Assembly: GCA_003427395.1 (NCBI GenBank)
Contig: BFEA01000046.1
Span: 719,499-783,195, forward strand
Direction: 5' to 3'
Length of the DNA: 63,697 bases
Source of the DNA: Chara braunii
Taxonomy: Eukaryota > Plantae > Charophyceae
Shown here: piece by piece, positions 55,914 through 63,697 of the stretch
How positions within the stretch are numbered: the stretch's first letter is position 1
How the letters are laid out: every line of letters starts with the position of its first letter
Position numbers and translations under genes: made by a program
Notes under the pieces: generated by a model
Told to the model about the DNA's origin: nothing
What the model saw: the letters and a program-made list of their open reading frames with translations, nothing else
The model's database searches: none

Positions 55914-58900
55914 CTAGTCGCTCTCCTCGCTATCGTCACCTTCTTCCGAATTGTCTTCTTCCCCTGAGTCTCCCTTCCCCTCACTTGATTCCTGGATCTC
56001 ACTATCTTCTTTCGACTCCTCGCTGGTCACAGTCCACCAAACGTCCCTTACTCGCTTTTCTTCACTGGCTGCTAAGGCTAAGTTGGCGACTTCTAGGTCA
56101 GAAATCCCCCTCACCCCCTCTTGAGAGCACCGCCTGATCAGGTCCCTATCCACCTCTCCGGGTTGTCCTCCAAACAGGGGTTTGATGAATTCCCCAATTC
56201 GTGCCCACCACTCGAAGTCACTGTCCTCTCTCGATTCCCAACACTGGGTGAACAGTTTGTGCCCCCCTTCTTCGCCTAATGGGAATTTCTCTATCACCTT
56301 TCCCCTATTTCGGACCCTCCTCATGGTTGCATCGTCGGCGTGGAGTAGTCGGTAAGCCCAGGTTGGGATCTCCCAAGTTTTCCCGTGAGCCGCCCTTGGA
56401 ACTTCCGACCTTTCTCGGTGTTCCACTCTATCAACCACGCGTCCCTCGGCGCCGCACCCTCTCAATCTCCTTAGTCGGTCTAGGGCCTTTCGGGCGATGT
56501 CTAAGGGGTCCTTCCCTTCTGCTATTTCCGTCGCGAAGAAGCGTCAGTCGTCGGGAGACAGGAAGATCTCAGCCTTCCTAGTGCGGTTTCCACCTTTGGA
56601 GACCACCGAGAACCTCACTACCGTCTCTTGCCCGTAGATCTCGAAGAACTCAGTAGACACCACTCCTTCCCCTCTAACCCTAGGGAGGGTTACTCCATAC
56701 CTCTTTCCCGATTTCCAAGCTCTTTTTGAGGTACCAACAGGGTCCTCCCTGTCGTATCTAATCATCGGGGGCCTCACCTCATGCCTTCCAACCTCGCGGC
56801 GGCCTCTACCAGCGAGTCCTCACACCTAATGCGACCGATTTCTCCTTCCTCGCTCAGCGTGTGGTGCAAGGCCCCTTCGTACTCTCCCGTCCTATCCCAA
56901 AATCGAGTCTCTACAAGGTGTATCCTAGATGCAAGCGGGATTCCTAGATACTTAGCATCCTCTTCGAACCTTCTCTCCACTTCCAGCAGCGGCTCTCTCC
57001 AAGTCCTCTGGACCCTCCCTCCACTTGCACCTCTAATGTGGACCGAAAAGCTAGCTAGTGTGGTCCAGAACCTCCTTTTCCATAAGGCCAGCCGCCGCAC
57101 CTCCAGTAGAAATTCCTTCTCGGCACGGATCACTCGATCCTCTCCCAGCTCCGGGTTAAGTTTTGCACTTCCCTCGACCGTAATTTCGTTACCGTCCTCG
57201 CATGTCTCTAATTCCCAACGAATCCTATTGGAGACGAACGAAGCTCTCATAACCTCTCCTCACCGCGCGAGAAGATCTATCGTTAACTCATCGAGGATCG
57301 CGATCGCAGTTGTCTCCAGTAGCTTGATCCTAGCCAAGGACCCAAGCTTTGCCCTCCTTTCTTCCTCCCAACATAGAGTGAGGATCAGAGAACTTCTTCT
57401 CTTACCCTCTCCAACCCCACAAGCTCGCCAAGGTCAGGCTCGCTCATCCCCCAATTTCAGTCGACGACACGCAATCGCTATCCGAATTAGATCCGAGGGG
57501 TCCAATCCCGCTAACTCCCCTTCGTAGATCTTACCCAAGTATCTCCATGATATCTTCGATTCCCTCGCGTATCGACCCCACCCTTCAAAGGCGTAACCCA
57601 GCTCCTCTAGAGTCGACCAATTGTCTCTATAAGGATCCAGGAAACACCACGTTAGTAAGGTATGGAGGTCCCATCCCGTAAACCGGAACTGGCTTAGGAT
57701 GGAAATCCTTCTTTCTACCGCCCTCTTGACTGCCTCGGAGGGGTAGATCCGTTCAAAGATGAAACGGGGAACTCCCACCGGCTCACTAGAGATGAACCGA
57801 GGTATCTCCTCCCACCCCCCGTAGGTCACTCGATATTCTTCGTCGCACCCTTCGCGAGGCCTTACCTCCTCTACTAACTCTTCTAGTCGGTCTCTCACGG
57901 CTTGCGCGTCCCAAAGAGGGTCTTGCCCAGTCCGCAAGCTGCGCGCTATCTCTACAAGGCCCTCCTTCGAAAGGAATATTCGGGCCTTTCCAACTACTAC
58001 CCTCCCCTCGCTACACACCGCTAATCGCACGAACGCCTTCCCGCGCCGGATTTCCCCTTCTTCTCGCTGGAGGGTCCTAGTTGGTTTCGCCAATCTGGCT
58101 CTAGGTAGAGTGACACGGACAACTTCTCCGATGTCTTCAATCGGTTCTACTGACGCCCATAGAGTTCTCGGGATCCCCCTTATCATCGGCCTTTGAACCC
58201 CCGACGGTTCGCCACCGGTTCTTCCCCGAAGAAGCGGGCGTACAGGACGTCCGCTACTTTAGCTCTGATCTCCTCAAAATCTCTCAACCTCCCGAATATC
58301 ATAGACAATTCTCCTCTTGGAGGAACCCCCGTGTCCACGCACCGCGTATAGAGCCAGAACAAACCTCTAGCCCGCACCCCGGATTCTCGAGCCGCTCTAA
58401 GTACCGCTACCACTTTCTCCTCCGGGTCCCTTAAGAATGAATTGGTCAAGAACTAGGGTAGGTTCGCCTGGAGGACCCCAGACGCACGAGGGACTTCCCC
58501 AGGCTCGACGAAGGACACTAGAGTCCACGACTCGAAAGTCCCTTCCTCGTAATCAGCCAGCACCAAGTTATTTGCTACCAGCCTCGCGGATTCCTGGTAT
58601 TCCGTATGGGTCACTTGCGCAGTTACTAAGTCCCTCCACACTTCGGTCCACGCTTCCTCGTTGAGGAAAACCGTAGCCTGAATTTCTAGGAAACGACCGA
58701 GATCAGGCGACCCTCCTCTCTGCACTCCTTTCCAGGTGAGCCTGCGAGCTCGAACCCATACGTACGCACCTCCCCGGATGACCTCGCCTTTCTCAACGCT
58801 CATCCAGTAGGGCGTCACTCTCTGGTCCCCTGGAACCAAGACCTTCCCATTCTCACTGGCCTCTATCGATTCTACCACCCCGTTCTCGGTGAGCACGAAC

Positions 58901-61100
58901 CTCACCATCTACCGACGCCGTTCTAAAGACCCACTGGCGATACTTTTCGGGAGAGAGAGTGAAGGGTTTCTCCATGGACCCCAATCTCCTAAAAATACCC
59001 CAAAGCTTCCTGTATGGAGGGATACCCTGATCGATGCAATGCGTGTACAGCGTCCACAGGCCTCCAAAGGTTAACCCCAAACTCCTTCCCCTCTCTAGAA
59101 GCCTCACTATCTTTCCTTCGATCTTTCCTTGGAACAGGAAAGACGGCACCCTCATGGTTAATAGATAGCACGCCCTTGGAAGCTCCCCTTCCCCCGCGAA
59201 CCTCTCCCTCTCTACAGCCACAAACATAAGTTGCTCCCGAACCCTACTTATCCATTCCCCTTGCACTTCCCTCGCCTCTCGCAACAACTTACCCAGCCCA
59301 CCCCCTTGTCCTAGGACCAGGGGTACTACGACTTTCGCCCAAGCCTCCGGGCCAACGAAGATAACTGCGGCCACCTCCAGACTCCTCTCAACCCCTCAAC
59401 TCTCAACCTCTTTGGACTCTATCCACACGAACTCCCCACTGACCGTGGGCCTTCCCCCTTCTATCCTCCCCCAATCGGGCATACCCCCGTTCCTAGGGAT
59501 TAACCTACAGGTCTCACAGCCTTCTATGAAGGATTCGACGAAGCGTCCCGGTTCCTTATCATGGAACACCATTCACTCTAAAACATTTTTTGGGACACTC
59601 CGAGGAGCCTTTGGTAACCGTAATCTCGTCCGCCCTGGTGGTCCCGAGCTGACTCCCTAATGATCCCCGCGCGAATCCTACACGCTTTGATTCCTTACGG
59701 TACAGGGTTCTCCACGCAGTAGGTGTAGTACCAATGGAGCGACCTAACAGATAGCTGCTACCCTCTCTTCCGTACTTTGGATCGCACAACCTTCTCGTAC
59801 CGCTCCTCCTTCCCGCTCACCCTCCGGAAAACGAAAGACGGGAATACGGCCTGTATGCACCCTGTGGCACGAGGGTATTCCTCGTCTCGAGCGCAAGTCA
59901 CCCTCACCTCGATTAGTGGGCAGTAGCGAAGGGGCTCCGCCTCAAAAATCTGCCTCAAAATCGGACCCGCTCGAGTTTCCCAATGATGCGCACGGTACCA
60001 ACCTAGGACCAAGTGAGTGACGTAATCTACCCAAGCCTCCCTACTCAGATAGAATGTTCCTTCCGCACGGATCACCGTTCATCCAGGCCTCTTCCCGCTC
60101 GGGGGCCCGTTCTGGTACCACCTGTCCCCTTCCCAAGTTCCTACCGCGAATCGAGTCCAAAGGAAAACCCCCTCCTCTAGTTCTAACCCTCTCTCGCGAC
60201 CGGCCAGATACCTCTCGGTGCGATGGTCTAGGGGGACGCTAAAGCACTCCCTGTCCTTGCTTAAATCTGCTCTCTCTATTCGTACCCCCTCCTCTTCAGT
60301 ACCTTCTACGATCCTAACCATCCCCTTGGACTATCTCCTCTATGATTTGAACCAGCGCTCTCCACCCGTCCGAACCGTCAAGGAAGGCTTCCGGAATAGT
60401 AGGAATAGGCCTCTCCCCTCGCAAATACGTCCGATACCCCAACGAGTAGAAGTAATTAATCTCGTAGGCCCCAAGCAGTTCCCTCTCGAGCCGCGAGTGG
60501 CCGACCGCCTCCTCCCAGCTATCTAAAAAACCTGCCTCTCTATCTGCACCTTTTTCCACGTACAAAGCTATGTCGAAGTCGCCAGTCCACTAGTAGAAAT
60601 TGTAGCACCACACGTCCATCCCGTCTTGACTACCCACACTAATCCCCGAAGGTTCAAACTCCAGAGCCCTCAGACTCATGGATTGACCGTTCTCACTACT
60701 CTCTCCACGATCCCTATTAGCACTTTCCAATCGTCCGACCCGTCGAGATAAGCGTCCGGGATTACCGGCGCCGGACGACCACCCCTGGGGTAGGTTTGGT
60801 AACCTAAGGAGAAAAAGTACTTAAACCCGTAACTCCTTAACTCCCCCCTTGAACCACGAGAGTGGCCTATCGCCTCTTCCCATCCACAAAGGAAATCCTC
60901 CCCTTGATCTAGCCCTTCCTCTACGTAGACACCCACATCAAAGTCACCCGTCCATAGTCGAAAAGTGTCTTTGATCAAAAGGAATCTGTAAGTTCCACTA
61001 CCTTTTGGCCACTCGAGAGACCACCTCTAACCCGCAAGGAGAAGATGCCTGTGAGCTCAGAAGGATCAAATGGACCAGAGAAGGAACGCTGTCTCACTCA
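55914..61100 (-). pseudogene. G2 pre-gag polycistronic accessory ORF array (about 8 cistrons: 2 domain-X, about 5 family-Y, 1 other)
   Basis: Reconstructed cistrons: ~61100-60676, 60679-60314, 60321-~59560, 59572-58853, 58908-58183, 58186-57434, 57250-56774, 56765-55914. ATGA overlaps at 60676-60679 and 58183-58186. Confidence 0.8.
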
Positions 61101-62073
61101 ACTACATTCCTGTCCTCCCCCGCCGAGAGACCCCTTCCCACTCCCGGTATAGAGACTAGCTGCGGACACAGGTTATCCCTGAGGAAAGGTGGCAACCCCC
61201 TCCCCGGAGTCGGACCGAAGTCACACACCCAGGTCCTATGTCCCCCACTGAACCGACCCCTAGTCCTAAGCTAACCTATCCGGTACCACGCCTCTACTCG
61301 GCCTACCTCAAGCGTGGAATTACCCGGGTCCCAGGTCTTGATCCACCTATCGATCGAAGATCACTAGCCTATCTACTCCCTCCCATTCTCCTTATCATGA
61401 ACTCTTCGAACTTCGTTCCCTTCTTCCTTTTCCGCCTTCGGCTGCCTCTTTTCTCTCTTGGAATCACTAGAATTCAAATCGGGGAGTCTGAAAAGGAGGG
61501 GAGGGAAAAACCGAGATTTAGGAAGAGTCTCTCAGGTTGGGCAAATATACTTTCGCACCTTGTGGTCTTCGGTTCCTTCAATATTCGTTCTCGTAGTCCC
61601 AATAGTCCCCTAGATCCGAGTCCGAGAAATCGGCAAGGCACCGGTCCACCCAAGACCCGTCCTCTAATCCCTCATCCAAGGTACCCCACGTATCTCTCAC
61701 CTCTCCTCCCTGGGGCAGTCCCCTCTCCCCCTCACTCACAACGGTGGTTGTATTTCCCTCGCTCCCTTGGCCCGGAACTCGAAGCACCACTCTCCTCACC
61801 CCCAAGCCCCGAACGGTCCCCGCTTGAGAACCCCCCTCCCAAATGGGAGGCGTCTCTCTCGTGGGTCCCGTACACAATCCCTGCGGGTCGAGAATCGAAA
61901 ATCCAAACCCTTCCCGCGGAATCCTTTCTGGTGTGGGAGCAGCCCCTCGGGCGGGCGCCCTCCACAGCCCGTGTGGGTCAAGGATGTTAGGCGACCCCCT
62001 TGGGTCCCAAATAGATAATGCCCCCGGACCCTCTCGGACCCCTCTCTCCTCTCTTCCCCTCGCTCCCACTCTC

Positions 62074-62303
62074 NNNNNNNNNNNNNNNNNNNNNNNNNNN
62101 NNNNNNNNNNNNNNNNNNNNNNNNNNNNNNNNNNNNNNNNNNNNNNNNNNNNNNNNNNNNNNNNNNNNNNNNNNNNNNNNNNNNNNNNNNNNNNNNNNNN
62201 NNNNNNNNNNNNNNNNNNNNNNNNNNNNNNNNNNNNNNNNNNNNNNNNNNNNNNNNNNNNNNNNNNNNNNNNNNNNNNNNNNNNNNNNNNNNNNNNNNNN
62301 NNN
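62074..62303. other. Assembly gap (N run)
   Basis: 230 N; the same ~35-nt sequence lies on both flanks. Confidence 0.99.
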
Positions 62304-62881
62304 CCCCTCTCTCCTCTCTTCCCCTCGCTCCCACTCTCTCTCCCCCATGAGCGGATCCCTTTACACTATTTTCCCGAACGGTTCTTCTTCCCACCCCCTC
62401 GTTGTTCTTCACCCTCATTCAGACCTCTCAAGCAAACTGTGCACCCCTCTTAATTTTTTTTTGATTTTAAGAAATAAACATGCGTAAAAAAAACAAGAAC
62501 TCACGCCAAAAAGGAAACTGACTTGTTTACCCTTCGCAGGCCGAGAGCGGGAGCCGGAGTCGCAAGCAGGCCGGAGCGGACCTGCAAAATCCAAGAAAAA
62601 TGCCCCGACACCCCAACTCCCCCGCACCCAAACAGCCCCAACAACCCTTCCCAAAAAAAAAACGCGCCAGGTAGGACCCCCACCGCTGCTGCCCAAGTGG
62701 AAAAGATACAAAAAAAAGGTGCTGCACGAACCAAAGAAAATCGCAGCCGAGTCGAAGAAAGCCGATAGGGGATGCCGAAGTCCGAAGAAGTTGAAGTCGA
62801 AACCCCCTCGCCACTGCCTGTTAGCCGATCCTCCCTTACCCCTCAGTCACTGAGCCGGCCGAGGCAGCAGGAGAAACGCCC

Positions 62882-62900
62882 ATCCCCGGCAACGACGCCA
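62882..62900 (-). promoter_or_regulatory. Primer-binding site (tRNA-Asp type) of G2
   Basis: TGGCGTCGTTGCCGGGGAT, 3 nt after ...CCGGGCA. Confidence 0.88.
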
Positions 62901-63294
62901 CTTTGCCCGGCAGGTCGGAACTCCCCACGGCTCGTCTAGCCGGTCAGGTATTCTCAGCTGTCGGTAGGACGGTCGCCCTGCCTCAAGTCAATCCGTCGCA
63001 GAGAGGGCTCGACTACCCTGACTTCCCCTGAATTACCCCTCCCTTCTTCCCGTACTATCGCCAGGGGGGGACACGCGCCCGCGGAGGTTCCCTGCGAGTT
63101 TCCGTGACACCCAAAAAAAAACCGATCTCAAGTGCCTTTCCGGAAGTCAAATCTTGAGCGTGGACCAGCTCGACCCGGACTGTAGCGGGATGCGAGCTCA
63201 AAGGACGAACGGATCGCTGTTTGGGCGAGCTCGACCCGAACTGTAGTCAAAGTTACGACGCTGGATACAAGCGAGCCTGGCCCAACCGTAACAG

Positions 63295-63697
63295 AACTAA
63301 AATACAGAAAACGAACTGCCTTTACCCAACTCTTTTTCGGGATTCAGATTAGAGGTGCCAGCAAGCCTGACACAACTGTAGCAGAAACAAAAATACAGAA
63401 AATAAACAGCCTGCTCCCAAACTCTCCTTCGAGAATCAGATTCGAGGTCCGAGCGAGCTCGGCACGACTGTGGCAGGACAGAAATACAGAAAACGAATAG
63501 CCTGTACCCAACTCTTTTTCGGGACTCAGATTCGAGGTGCCAGCAAGCCAGACACAACTGCAGCAGAAATAAAAATACAGAAAATGAACAGCCTGTTCCC
63601 GGACTCTCCTTCGAGATTCAGAATCGAGGTGCGAGCGAGCTCGGTGCAACTGTGGTAGGACAAAAATACAGAAAACGAATAGCCTGTACCCAACTCT
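63295..63697. repeat. ~91-bp tandem repeat with alternating A/B units in the presumed G2 LTR
   Basis: AAATACAGAAA at 63301, 63391, 63482, 63573 and 63664. Confidence 0.88.

Larger units (their letters stand above)
50281..63697 (-). mobile_element. Ty3/Gypsy retrotransposon G2 (3'-truncated in integrase; 5' LTR runs off the window)
   Basis: LTR end CA at 62904, PBS 62882-62900, accessory ORFs, gag-pol. Confidence 0.9.

Noticed and set aside
53386-57527. Long plus-strand ORFs over G2
   Set aside because: Ser/Pro/Leu-rich antisense shadows of purine-rich minus-strand coding sequence.
61578-62487. ORFs spanning the N gap
   Set aside because: Their length is an artefact of the Ns; identical flanks suggest an unmerged overlap or short repeat.

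Overview
Eukaryotic, repeat-rich nuclear DNA of a green plant (streptophyte-type RPS15, plant-type U6 and mitochondrial fragments; species not determinable). The only intact host gene is a 5-exon RPS15 (35296-39899, +). The rest is nested, mostly decayed mobile DNA. (1) A giant Ty3/Gypsy element (G1, minus strand, 32204 to ~1900) has a 7.4-kb 5' LTR, a tRNA-Asp PBS, accessory ORFs before gag and a mitochondrial patchwork inside integrase. An 8.64-kb related solo LTR (4-bp TSD) is inserted in its 3' LTR. (2) A second, GC-rich Gypsy (G2, minus strand, from beyond 63697 to ~50281) has the same PBS and a ~5-kb array of tightly packed, partly stop/start-overlapping paralogous ORFs before gag. (3) A PIF/Harbinger transposase remnant and two MITEs lie upstream of RPS15. 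(4) A hAT-type MITE contains a U6 retrocopy and a tRNA-like segment. (5) There are several tandem repeats. The best candidate for a new system is these giant Gypsy elements: protein-coding LTRs plus polycistronic-looking leaders that share one unassigned protein domain in at least 7 copies. All alignments were made by eye; no database searches were run.
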